Shown piece after piece: positions 45,636 to 55,074 of a stretch of 64,000 bases of DNA. Made by a program: the position numbers and the translations under genes. The stretch lies in the NCBI GenBank assembly GCA_944322375.1, contig CALUOX010000001.1, positions 5,392 through 69,391 of the forward strand, given 5' to 3'. Origin of the DNA: an uncultured Alistipes sp. (lineage in GTDB: Bacteria; Bacteroidota; Bacteroidia; Bacteroidales; Rikenellaceae). The notes under the pieces were generated by a model. The model was not told the DNA's origin and made no database searches. It saw nothing but the letters and a program-made list of their open reading frames with translations. The first letter of the stretch is position 1. The number at the start of each line of letters is the position of its first letter.

Positions 45636-46436
45636 ATGATGAAACGATTGTTTTTGTTGATCTTGCTCGCAGGTATGCTGCAGTCGGCTGCGGCACAGCT
45701 CTATGTGCCGGGCGAGGAGCTCTTTTATCGGGTAAGTTACCGTGCGAAGCTGGTGCCGAATACCGAGGTGGCGACCGTTCTGGTGCGGACCACCGAGACG
45801 CAGCTCGACGGCAAAACCGTCTATAACGTCTTCGGTCATGGAAAAACGCTCCCGACGTTCCGGTGGTTCTTCTCGCTTGATGACCGCTACAACATCTGGA
45901 TCGATACGGCAACGCTGCGTACCGTGCGTTTCACGAGCGACATCCACGAAGGGGAATATACCTTCCGCAGCCGGTATGACTACGACTGGCCGGCCCGGCG
46001 TATTGCGACGTGGTGGCAGAAGCGCAAGCTGCCCGCAAACCGCAAGGAGATGGAGCTGACCGATGTGAGTATGGATGCCGTATCGCTCTTCTTCAACATG
46101 CGCAGCGTCGATGCGTCGATCTTCCGGGTGGGCGAACAGCACGAACTGCAGATGGTCCTCGAGGATACGATCCGCCATCTCAAGTTCCGCTTCGAGGGGC
46201 GTGAGGAGAAAAAGATCCGCAACCTCGGCAAGTTCCGGACGATGAAATTCGCCTGCCAGATCGGAACGTCGGAGAGTTACTCCTTTACCGACGGTTCGGA
46301 ATTCTTCATCTGGCTGTCGGACGATGAAAACAAGATTCCGCTCTGTCTCGAATCCCCGATTCGGGTAGGAAGCGTAAATGCCTACATATCTGGCTACAAG
46401 GGACTCAAATATCCCCTGTCGAGCCAGATCCGGTGA
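45636..46436 (+). CDS. DUF3108 family secreted protein
   Basis: Signal peptide; GEELFY, WLSDD.NKIP...ESPIRVGSV. Confidence 0.8.
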   Translation: MMKRLFLLILLAGMLQSAAAQLYVPGEELFYRVSYRAKLVPNTEVATVLVRTTETQLDGKTVYNVFGHGKTLPTFRWFFSLDDRYNIWIDTATLRTVRFTSDIHEGEYTFRSRYDYDWPARRIATWWQKRKLPANRKEMELTDVSMDAVSLFFNMRSVDASIFRVGEQHELQMVLEDTIRHLKFRFEGREEKKIRNLGKFRTMKFACQIGTSESYSFTDGSEFFIWLSDDENKIPLCLESPIRVGSVNAYISGYKGLKYPLSSQIR

Positions 46437-46450
46437 AACAACATGCATAT

Positions 46451-47224
46451 ATGAAACTGACAGAAATCTATCTTGCGGAGGATCGCTCGCAGGTCGTGCC
46501 GCACTTCGCACCGCAGGAGGCTGTTGCTGCGGTCGAGGCCCTGCCGTTTGGAACGCTGGCGCTGTTTGAACCCGATACGGCACCCCGCGCCGTTGTCGTT
46601 CTCTTCCCCGGCGGCGGTTTCAACAAGGTTAATGCCGATCAGGAGGGAGGTGCGGCCGCCGTGTGGTTTGTGGAACAGGGACTCGCCGCCGCCGTGGTGA
46701 AGTACCGGCTGCCCGAGGGTGATCCCGAACGCCCGTTGCAGGATGCCCGAAAAGCGATGGATACGGTCCGGAGCCGGTTCCCGAATCTTCGGTGCGGTGT
46801 TTTCGGCGCTTCGATCGGCGGCTATCTTGCCGCTGGGGTGGCCCTTGCCGACAAACCCGTTGAACGGCCCGATTTTCAGGTGCTTTTCTATCCTGTCGTA
46901 AGCATGGAGGAGGGTTTCGCCCACCGGCCTTCGATGCTGCGCCTCTTTGGGCACGAAATACAGGGACTCGACGCAAAACGCCGCTCTCCGTTGTTGCGCA
47001 TCGACCGAAGCGCTCCCGAGGCCTTTGTCGCCGCGGCAGCCGATGATGCTGCGGTCACTCCGCTGAACGCCTGCCGCTATGCCGAAACGCTGCTTGCGGC
47101 CGGTGTCGGCGTATCGTTCCATCTCTATGCCTCGGGGGGTCACGGGTTCGGATTCCGTCCCGATTTCCCCTGGCACGACGTGCTGGTGCATGAGCTCGAA
47201 AAATGGTTGAATACGCGGCTGTGA
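46451..47224 (+). CDS. Alpha/beta hydrolase (esterase)
   Basis: FPGGG, KYRLP, GASIGG nucleophile elbow, YPV, DD, GGHGFG. Alternative GTG start at 46433. Confidence 0.88.
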   Translation: MKLTEIYLAEDRSQVVPHFAPQEAVAAVEALPFGTLALFEPDTAPRAVVVLFPGGGFNKVNADQEGGAAAVWFVEQGLAAAVVKYRLPEGDPERPLQDARKAMDTVRSRFPNLRCGVFGASIGGYLAAGVALADKPVERPDFQVLFYPVVSMEEGFAHRPSMLRLFGHEIQGLDAKRRSPLLRIDRSAPEAFVAAAADDAAVTPLNACRYAETLLAAGVGVSFHLYASGGHGFGFRPDFPWHDVLVHELEKWLNTRL

Positions 47225-47276
47225 TTTCGCCGTTCCCGAAAAAAATATTACTTTTGAAACCTAAACAGCCCGGTTT

Positions 47277-48212
47277 ATGGAAGAGAACAGAGATTATCGT
47301 TCGTCGCAGTACGAGGAGGACGAACGGATGGATCCTCGGAAGAGTGCCAAGTCGATTCGCGGTTATCAGACGATCATCATCATTCTGGCCGTGATTCTGG
47401 CTGCCTTGTCGATTCTCTATTTCAACATCCATCGTCAGCAGCAGGAGGAGTATGACCTGTTGCTGATCGATCGTGATTCGATCAAGAGCAATCTGACGGA
47501 TCTGATGGAGGATTTCGACAATCTGCAGATCTCGAATGACAGCATCTCGCAGAGTCTCGGTATCGAACGCAACCGTGCCGATTCGCTCATGGAACGTCTG
47601 AAGAAGGAGCGTTCGTGGAGTTATGCGAAGATCAAGAAGTATGAAAAGGAGATCGGGACGATGCGGACCATCATGCGTGGTTATCTGCGGCAGATCGACT
47701 CGCTCAATACGCTTAACAAGAACCTCATCAAGGAGAACGTCTCCTATCGCAAGGAGATCTCGTCGGCCAACCTGCGGGCCGAGGTAGCCGAAGAAAAAGC
47801 CTCGGAGTATGCCAACAAGGTCCGGCAGGGAGCCGTGATTCTGGCGCGCGGAATCCGACTCATCCCGCTCAATGCACGGGATTCGCAGGTGTCGCGCGTG
47901 AAGAACGCTTCGCGGCTGCGGGTGGACTTCACGCTTGCGGCGAACAACCTTGCGGAGCCCGGTGAACGGGTCGTCTATGTGCGTATCACCTCGCCGGACG
48001 GATATGTGCAGTCGAATGCCGCTGCCGCGACCTTCGAGTTCGAGGGAGAACGGCTGACCTATACCGCCTCGCGCGAGGTCGATTACCAGAATAAGGATCT
48101 CGACGTGGGTGTATATTACAACGACGGAGCCGGATTTACAGCCGGTACCTATTGTGTGGAGATCTATGTCGATGGCCGTCTGGCCGGACAGAACGATATT
48201 GCACTGCGGTAG
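47277..48212 (+). CDS. Membrane-anchored coiled-coil hypothetical protein
   Basis: One TM helix, long heptad region, C-terminal beta domain; -7 box at 47249-47256. Confidence 0.8.
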   Translation: MEENRDYRSSQYEEDERMDPRKSAKSIRGYQTIIIILAVILAALSILYFNIHRQQQEEYDLLLIDRDSIKSNLTDLMEDFDNLQISNDSISQSLGIERNRADSLMERLKKERSWSYAKIKKYEKEIGTMRTIMRGYLRQIDSLNTLNKNLIKENVSYRKEISSANLRAEVAEEKASEYANKVRQGAVILARGIRLIPLNARDSQVSRVKNASRLRVDFTLAANNLAEPGERVVYVRITSPDGYVQSNAAAATFEFEGERLTYTASREVDYQNKDLDVGVYYNDGAGFTAGTYCVEIYVDGRLAGQNDIALR

Positions 48213-48233
48213 GATCTTTGAGACTGATATTAT

Positions 48234-48267
48234 CGGCTCCCGTCGTCAGGCGGGAGCCGTTTTGTTT
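48234..48267 (+). terminator. Intrinsic terminator
   Basis: cggctcccg/cgggagccg followed by ttttgttt. Confidence 0.8.
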
Positions 48268-48554
48268 CGCGGCTGTCTCTGCATCACCGCCCTTGTTCCT
48301 CTTTGGGATCTCCGTTTGCCACTCTCCTTCTTGCCCGGAGTTCCTCTCTCCGCTCTTCCGACGGTTTTTCGTGGACTTATGTTCCTGTTGCCGGGACTGT
48401 CCCTGTCCGGTATGCCGAATGGATTGTCAGTGTCCGGATTCCGAACATCTGGTGGATTGCGGCTGGCCCGGCCGTAAATTGACGGATCGTTCGGCTGCCC
48501 GTTTCCCGTTTCCCGTTTCTTGTTTGGGAAGTTCGGCCTTGTCGGGATTCCGAC

Positions 48555-48589
48555 AAAATAAAAGATGCCGGAATCTGAATTCCGGCATC
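48555..48589 (-). terminator. Intrinsic terminator after HAD gene
   Basis: gatgccggaat/attccggcatc followed by a T tract on the minus strand. Confidence 0.75.
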
Positions 48590-48611
48590 GTCTTGCATCT
48601 GTCCGTTCGTG

Positions 48612-49481
48612 CTATCTGATTCCGCGCGCCTCTTTCAGGATATCTCCGAACTCCTTGAGCGACAATGCCGTGATGTGCGGCTGGGGATCGGCGGCTGCGG
48701 CAATCTCCTCGGTCGTTTCGCCCGACAGAACCAGGACGCCCATCGCGCCCGCATTGTGGGCCATCGCGACATCGGTGTAGATACGGTCGCCCACCATGGC
48801 GATCTCGTCGGCGGCCAGTCCGAAACGCTCCTTGATTCCGGTAAGCATGTTGGGGTCGGGCTTGCCCAGCACGATATCGGGCGTGCGGCCCGTGGCGTGT
48901 TCGAGGCACTTGCAGATCGATCCGCAGTCAACCAGTACGACCGGCTGGTCGGTCGGACATACCCGGTCGGGATTCGTCGCAATGTAGGGAATGCCCTGTG
49001 AAATCCACCATGCCGCACGGCAGAGACGCGGATATACGAGTGTCATGTCGAATGCGGCTACGATAATGTCCGGCACGTCGTCGGCACTGTCGGCCGTCGA
49101 TTCGAAACCGGCAGCCTCGAACTCCGAGATCATGCTCGGCGTCCCCAGCAGAAAGAGCCGTTTGGCCTGCGGGTAGTGCGACCTGATGTAGTCGATCGTG
49201 GCGAGTGCCGTCGTGTACATCTCTTCGCGTGTCGCCGTGATGCCCAGCGTTTCGAGTTTGTGCAGGTAGTCAGCAATGCTCTTCGAAGGGTTGTTCGTCA
49301 GAAACGAGTAGCCGATGCCCATCTGCGTGAGGTCCGAGAGGAACTGCTTCGTCCACGGGAAAAGCGACATGCCCATGTAGATCGTGCCATCCATGTCGAG
49401 TGCTACGTGTTTGATGCGCCGTGCGCGTTCCATCAACTCGTCGTGTGAGAAGGGCGAGCGGTACTTGTCTATTTTTGCCAT
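48612..49481 (-). CDS. HAD-IIA (NagD-like) phosphatase, cytoplasmic
   Basis: LDMDGTIY, LTNNPS, IATNPD, GKP, MVGDRIYTD; no signal peptide; start MAKIDKY; -7 box at 49556-49563. Confidence 0.92.
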   Translation of the reverse strand: MAKIDKYRSPFSHDELMERARRIKHVALDMDGTIYMGMSLFPWTKQFLSDLTQMGIGYSFLTNNPSKSIADYLHKLETLGITATREEMYTTALATIDYIRSHYPQAKRLFLLGTPSMISEFEAAGFESTADSADDVPDIIVAAFDMTLVYPRLCRAAWWISQGIPYIATNPDRVCPTDQPVVLVDCGSICKCLEHATGRTPDIVLGKPDPNMLTGIKERFGLAADEIAMVGDRIYTDVAMAHNAGAMGVLVLSGETTEEIAAAADPQPHITALSLKEFGDILKEARGIR

Positions 49482-49586
49482 TTTTTCTGATTCTGATATT
49501 GTATTCTCGTTTCGTTTCCGTGTGGGCCGCGCCGCCCCAAGGCGGCACAACCGCGCAAAGATAACGATTTTTCCGGGACCGACGAA

Positions 49587-51191
49587 CTATTGTTTCGGAT
49601 AATTCTCGACGGTCGGATAATCCGTTGGCAGGTTGGTCGTGAAGATGTTCTGCGTATAGGTGTTTCCGAACGGATCCGTGGCACGGACCTCGACGGCGGC
49701 ATCCGCATCCTTGAGCGTATAGTAATAGAGATGATCCGTCTGTTTGGGGTATGTCTTCCGTCCCAGGACACCGGCCAGATATCCGCTCGCCCAGGCATCG
49801 TAGTCCCGGAACCGGCTCATCTCACCCGTCTTGACGCCGTTTTCAAAGACCTCCACGGTCCAGTTCTTTGCGTCGGAGTTCCAGATATTGGCCACGATCT
49901 GGCTGTCGTTGTGATAGATGAACTGCGGCCGGTCATCGTAGGCATAGCGGGTGGCGGCACGGTACAGCCGGATCTGGTACTCCTTGTCGTAACGAACCGA
50001 TTTGTAATACCAGTTGGTGAAGGAGTCGCCGTCGATCTCGAAAACACCGTAGCCGTTGGGCGTACCCTCCGCGCAGATCGTCGAACGCCAGTGTGCACCG
50101 CAGACGGCTCCGTGGTTGTGTTCGTAGATGACGTGCTCGGGATCGGACGTCGCATGGAAATAGTTGCGGTTGCGGTGGCTGTGGCCGCTCATGATATGGG
50201 CTTCGGGGAACTGTTCCAGCAATCCGAGGATCGTTTGCTGTTGCCCGGCCGGAATCATGTCGAGTGTAACGTGCGTGCAGAAGATGACCAGCTTGTCCTT
50301 CTCCGTGAGCCCCAGGTCCTGTTGCAGCCATGCAAGCTGGGCCTCCGTGAATCCCCGCTCGTAGCTCGACGGGTTGTGCGTCTCATCCAACAGCAGAACG
50401 CTGTCCATGCCGACGATATGGACATTCCCCCGTTCGAACGAGTAGTCGCAGGGACCGAAGACCGCTTCGAAGTCCCGGCGGGCGGCAAGGTCATACGTGC
50501 TGCTGCCGGGGCTCAGCTCGGGATGGGTCGCCATGTCGTGATTTCCGATGACCTGGAAAAGCGGCATGCCGATCTGTTCCTCGCGCAGTACCTCGACCAT
50601 CAGCGGCATGATTACCGGCGTCACGTATTTTGTCCGGTTGTTGGAGATGACATCGCCGAGGGTAATCCCGTAAACGGGCGGTGTGCATTCGGCGGCATGT
50701 TCCCGGATATCGGGAACGGACTCGCTGACAAAACGGTTGAATTGTTCTGCGTCGCGTGTTTGGGGATCGGCAAGGCAGAAAAGCGTGAAATGCGTCTCGA
50801 CGGGTTGCCGTGCCCCCAATGTGAAATCGTAACGCTGCCGGTTGTCGGACAGCCGCTGCCAGAAGCAGGGCCGGCCGTCGGTCATGGGAACTTCCCGGTC
50901 GGCCGGAATGCGGTAATAGACATGAAAGGCATCCTTGTTGCGCGCCATCTGATAGATGCCGTTGGCATCGCTTGCGACGCAGGTGAATCCGTCGCTCACG
51001 ACGACCCCTTCGACCGGTGCACCCTCCGTATCGACAATCAATCCGTAGAGGTCGTTGCCCTCCTCGATGGGTGTTCGCAGCGCTGCGGCTTGCAATTGTC
51101 CGGATGTGGAGACGACGTTGCCGTCGCTCGGAGAGGCGGCGGTGAAAAATCCGCAGGCAAGCAGGAAAAGTGTGCAGATCAGCTTTTTCAT
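49587..51191 (-). CDS. Calcineurin-like phosphoesterase (MetallophosN/Metallophos/MetallophosC), paralog A
   Basis: ADPQ, LGD, GNHD, CTH, GHSH, HNHGAVCGAHW, GTPNGY. Confidence 0.9.
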   Translation of the reverse strand: MKKLICTLFLLACGFFTAASPSDGNVVSTSGQLQAAALRTPIEEGNDLYGLIVDTEGAPVEGVVVSDGFTCVASDANGIYQMARNKDAFHVYYRIPADREVPMTDGRPCFWQRLSDNRQRYDFTLGARQPVETHFTLFCLADPQTRDAEQFNRFVSESVPDIREHAAECTPPVYGITLGDVISNNRTKYVTPVIMPLMVEVLREEQIGMPLFQVIGNHDMATHPELSPGSSTYDLAARRDFEAVFGPCDYSFERGNVHIVGMDSVLLLDETHNPSSYERGFTEAQLAWLQQDLGLTEKDKLVIFCTHVTLDMIPAGQQQTILGLLEQFPEAHIMSGHSHRNRNYFHATSDPEHVIYEHNHGAVCGAHWRSTICAEGTPNGYGVFEIDGDSFTNWYYKSVRYDKEYQIRLYRAATRYAYDDRPQFIYHNDSQIVANIWNSDAKNWTVEVFENGVKTGEMSRFRDYDAWASGYLAGVLGRKTYPKQTDHLYYYTLKDADAAVEVRATDPFGNTYTQNIFTTNLPTDYPTVENYPKQ

Positions 51192-51410
51192 GATGCAAAT
51201 GTGTATTGGATGTGTGCTGGATTGAAATCAGGGACGCTTCAGGCGGGATGAACTTGATCGGTGTGACTTCGGGCGGCGGTTTTTACCGCCCGTGTTGTTT
51301 CTGCTCGGCGACATTGCGGGACTCATCCGGAAAAAGCGTCCGTCAGAACAGGAGGAACGAAGGAGCGTGGCCGATTGCGGGCATAAAGGCAACATGTGGA
51401 ATCCTGTTGC

Positions 51411-51491
51411 GATTGTCCCCCCCCCTCGGCTGTCTATAGGGCCGTCCGCTATGATTCGGGCCGTATAGACAGCTCCCGACAGGGGGAAATC
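51411..51491. repeat. Long imperfect intergenic hairpin containing C9
   Basis: gctgtctata/tatagacagc core extended by gattgtcccc...ggggaaatc. Confidence 0.65.
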
Positions 51492-51552
51492 GACTCCTCC
51501 GTTCGCCCTGTCCTGCGGACGTTTTCGGCGATGCCGGCTTGCCGCCGGTCGT

Positions 51553-53169
51553 TTACTGTTGCGGATAGTTCGCTACGGTCGGATAATCCGATTGGGAGTT
51601 GGTCGTGAACGTATCCTGCGTATAGACATTTTTAAACTTGTCCGTTGCACGGATCTCGACGGTGGCGGCATTGACATCCTTGAGCGTATAGTAATAGAGG
51701 TGCTCCGTCTGTTTGGTGTATGACGTGTGGCCCAGAACACCGGCGTGATATCCGCAGGCCCATACATCGTAGTCATCGGCCGCAAAACGTGACATCTGTC
51801 CGGTCTTGATGCCGTTTTCATAGACATCCACCGTCCAGTTTTCATCCGAGTTCCAGATGTTGGCCACGATCTGGTTCGCTTCGTGATAGTAGAATTGCTG
51901 GATGGGGGTGTAGTTGAAGCGCATATTGGCGCGGTACATGCGGATCTGGAAGGTCTTGTCGTAGCGCGTGGGCTTGTAGTACCAGTTGGAGAAGTCGGTG
52001 CCGTTGATGACGAAGACGCCGTATCCGTTGGGTGTTCCTTCCGCACAGATCGTCGATTTCCAGTGTGCACCGCACACGGCACCGTGGTTGTGTTCGTAGA
52101 TGCTGTATTCGGGGTCTGCCGCTACGTGCGTGTAGTTCAGATTGCGGTGGCTGTGTCCGCTCATGATATGGACATTGGGGAACTCCTGCAGCATGCCGAT
52201 TACCTTGCTCTGCTGATCGGCCAGAACCTTGTACATCGGTGCGTGAACGCAGAAGATGATCAGTTTGTCCTTCGATACGAAGCTCAGATCCTGTCGCAAC
52301 CACTCGATTTGATCCTCCGAGAATCCCAGTTCGTAGTTCGAGGGGTTGTGTTCGGGTTTCGACAGCAGGATGTTGTCCATGCCGATGATGTGGGCATTTC
52401 CCCGTTCGAACGAGTAGTCGCAGGGTCCGAACTGCGTCTCGAAGTCGCGACGGGCCGCAAGGTCGTAGGTGCTGCTGCCCTCGCTGATTTTCGGCTTGGT
52501 GGCATTGTCGTGGTTGCCCATAACCTGGAAGAGCGGCATCCCGATTTGGTCTTGCCGCATGAGCCGTGCAATTTGCGGCATGATGGTCGGTGTGACGTAC
52601 TCCTTGCTGTTGTTGGAGACAATGTCGCCGAGTGTGATGCCATAAACGGGAGGCGTACATGCTGCGACATGTTTTTTGATGTCAGGGACGGATTCATCGG
52701 CGAAACGGCCGAGTTCCGTAGCGTCGTTCGTTTGCGGATCGGCGAGACAGAAAAGCGTGAATTGCTTCTCGACAGCCTGTTTCGCCCCTATGGAGAAGTC
52801 ATAACGTTGCTGATCCTTCGAGAGTTTCTTCCAAAAACAGGGCGCGCCGTTGGCCATTTGGACGGGCCGGTCGGCCGGAATACGGTAAAAGACATGGTAG
52901 GCATCCTTGTTCCGTGCCATCTGGTAGACTCCGTTTTCATCGCTTGCGACACAGGTGAAACCGTCGCTGACGACGACCCCTTCAACAGGGGTGCCGGCAT
53001 TGTCGATCACGATTCCGTAGAGGTCATTGCCCGCTTCGATCGGGGTTTTCAACTCCGGTGCGGGTGTATCCGGCGTATCCGGTGTGTCGGGTGTATCCTC
53101 TCCGCCGCTTGAGCATGCGAAAATGAAGAACCCGCAAAGTAATAATAACAGCAAATCAGTCTTTTTCAT
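51553..53169 (-). CDS. Calcineurin-like phosphoesterase lipoprotein, paralog B
   Basis: Lipobox IFAC; DTP-repeat linker; ADPQ, LGD, GNHD, CVH, GHSH. Confidence 0.9.
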   Translation of the reverse strand: MKKTDLLLLLLCGFFIFACSSGGEDTPDTPDTPDTPAPELKTPIEAGNDLYGIVIDNAGTPVEGVVVSDGFTCVASDENGVYQMARNKDAYHVFYRIPADRPVQMANGAPCFWKKLSKDQQRYDFSIGAKQAVEKQFTLFCLADPQTNDATELGRFADESVPDIKKHVAACTPPVYGITLGDIVSNNSKEYVTPTIMPQIARLMRQDQIGMPLFQVMGNHDNATKPKISEGSSTYDLAARRDFETQFGPCDYSFERGNAHIIGMDNILLSKPEHNPSNYELGFSEDQIEWLRQDLSFVSKDKLIIFCVHAPMYKVLADQQSKVIGMLQEFPNVHIMSGHSHRNLNYTHVAADPEYSIYEHNHGAVCGAHWKSTICAEGTPNGYGVFVINGTDFSNWYYKPTRYDKTFQIRMYRANMRFNYTPIQQFYYHEANQIVANIWNSDENWTVDVYENGIKTGQMSRFAADDYDVWACGYHAGVLGHTSYTKQTEHLYYYTLKDVNAATVEIRATDKFKNVYTQDTFTTNSQSDYPTVANYPQQ

Positions 53170-53315
53170 ATTGTTGCGGTGGTAATTGTTGTTTGCCTTT
53201 CCTGTCGTGAATATCTATTCGGGAATAAAAATATAAATTTTCAGTTTAATATTTGCCTTTTCTGTTTTTTTCTTGATATCATTCATGCCGGCACGATTGT
53301 CGGAACATTAACCTA

Positions 53316-53365
53316 ATAAACCTTATCGGCAACTTATACAATCGCCAGTCGTCGATAAGGTTTAT
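53316..53365. repeat. Intergenic hairpin after paralog C
   Basis: Perfect 13-bp inverted repeat ataaaccttatcg/cgataaggtttat. Confidence 0.7.
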
Positions 53366-53382
53366 GCCCATGAGTGCCGGTG

Positions 53383-54975
53383 CTACTCCTTCGGGTAGTT
53401 CGCTACGGTCGGATAATCCGATTGGGAGTTGGTCGTAAACATCGTCTGTTTGTAGGTGTTTCCGAATTTGTCCGTTGCGCGAATCTCGACTGCAGCGTCC
53501 TTATCCTGTAATTTATAATAATACAGATGATCGAACGATCCCGTATAGGTCGTTTTACCGAGTACTCCCGCGTGATAACCGACCGCCCAGACATCGTTGT
53601 CGGTGTAACGTGTCATGTTCCCGGTTTTTGCCCCGTCTTCATAGACCTCGACGCTCCAGTTCCGATTGTCGGAATTCCAGATGTTGGCTATGATCTGATC
53701 GGAATTGTGATAAATGAACTGTTGGATGTCGTCGTAGGCAAAACGTTCATTGGCGCGGTACATGCGGATCTGGAACTCTTTCTCCATGCGGGTCGGCTTG
53801 TAATACCAGTTGACAATCGATGCGCCGTCGATTTCATATACGCCGTAACCATTGGGAGTGCCGTCCTTGTTGACCGTCGAGTTCCACCAGGCACCGCAGG
53901 CCGCTCCATGTACATGTTCGTAAATGTTGCGGCTCGTATAGATATAGTTTTGTCCGTAATGTGTATGTCCCGACATGATGTGGCTTTCGGCAAAACCGTT
54001 GAGCAGATCGCACACCTCGTTCATTCTGTTGTCCGAACTGTTGCGGATCGGGATATGAATGCACAGAATGACCATCTTGCTTTTCGGAACCAGCGCAAGA
54101 TCCTGACGGAGCCACTCTACCTGTGCATCGGTAAAGCCTTTTTCATACGTCGAGGGGTTATGCTTTTCGGTTTTGAGCAGGATGTCGTCCATGCAGACAA
54201 TATGTACATTGCCCCGATCGAACGAATAGTCGCAGGGTCCGAACTTGCTCTCGAATTCACGGCGTCCGCCCAGATCGTAGTTGCTGCTCCCCTCGCTGAT
54301 TTTCGGCTTCATCGAGTTGTCGTGATTGCCCATGACCTGGAAGAGCGGAATGCCCGTATTGTCCCGATGCATGACATTGCCCATTTGTGCCATCAGGGTC
54401 GGAAAGACATTTACCGAGGAGGTATTGAAAAGAATATCGCCGAGTGTAACGCCATACACCGGCGTATTGAATGTCGCACTGTGCTTTTTGATGTCGGGAA
54501 TGGTCTCGTCCTTGAATCGTGCGACGTCGGAATCCGATTGCACCTGCGGATCGGCGACGCAGAAAAGCGTGAATTTTGTCTCGACAGCCTGTTGTGCACT
54601 CAGGATAAAATCGTAACGTTGTTGAGAGGTGGAGAGTTTCTGCCAGAAACAGGGCAGTCCGTTGGCAATGGGTACGGCGCGGTCGGCCGGAATCCGGTAA
54701 AAGACATGGTAGGCATCCTTGTTGCGGGCCATCTGATAAACGCCGTTGGCATCGCTTTTGACGCATGAGAAGCCATCGCTTACGACTACGCCTTCAATGG
54801 GCGATCCGGTATTGTCGATCACGATTCCGTAGAGGTCATTGCCCGCTTCGATCGGTGTTTTCAATTCGGGCGCAGGCGTTTGGGCGCCCGGATCATCGTT
54901 GCCGCTGTCGTTTGAGCAGGCTGCAAAGAAAAGACTTCCTGCAACAAACAGGAACGAACAGATCAGTTTTTTCAT
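53383..54975 (-). CDS. Calcineurin-like phosphoesterase lipoprotein, paralog C
   Basis: Lipobox FAAC; ADPQ, LGD, GNHD, CIH, GHTH. Confidence 0.9.
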   Translation of the reverse strand: MKKLICSFLFVAGSLFFAACSNDSGNDDPGAQTPAPELKTPIEAGNDLYGIVIDNTGSPIEGVVVSDGFSCVKSDANGVYQMARNKDAYHVFYRIPADRAVPIANGLPCFWQKLSTSQQRYDFILSAQQAVETKFTLFCVADPQVQSDSDVARFKDETIPDIKKHSATFNTPVYGVTLGDILFNTSSVNVFPTLMAQMGNVMHRDNTGIPLFQVMGNHDNSMKPKISEGSSNYDLGGRREFESKFGPCDYSFDRGNVHIVCMDDILLKTEKHNPSTYEKGFTDAQVEWLRQDLALVPKSKMVILCIHIPIRNSSDNRMNEVCDLLNGFAESHIMSGHTHYGQNYIYTSRNIYEHVHGAACGAWWNSTVNKDGTPNGYGVYEIDGASIVNWYYKPTRMEKEFQIRMYRANERFAYDDIQQFIYHNSDQIIANIWNSDNRNWSVEVYEDGAKTGNMTRYTDNDVWAVGYHAGVLGKTTYTGSFDHLYYYKLQDKDAAVEIRATDKFGNTYKQTMFTTNSQSDYPTVANYPKE

Positions 54976-55022
54976 CGGTGTTGATTTGTTAAAAAAGAGA
55001 TGTTGCCCCTTTTGCTTTCAAG

Positions 55023-55051
55023 CGGGGACTCCCCCCCCCGAGGAGTCCCCG
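55023..55051. repeat. Hairpin after susD with C9 run
   Basis: cggggactcc/ggagtccccg; no U tract on the coding strand. Confidence 0.7.
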
Positions 55052-55074
55052 TGAAAGCTGAAGATCAGAAAGGG

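Noticed and set aside
48270-48550. Low-complexity pyrimidine-rich spacer between convergent terminators
   Set aside because: Only short imperfect motifs (ccgtttc, tgtcc); no coherent unit, ORF or RNA signature.
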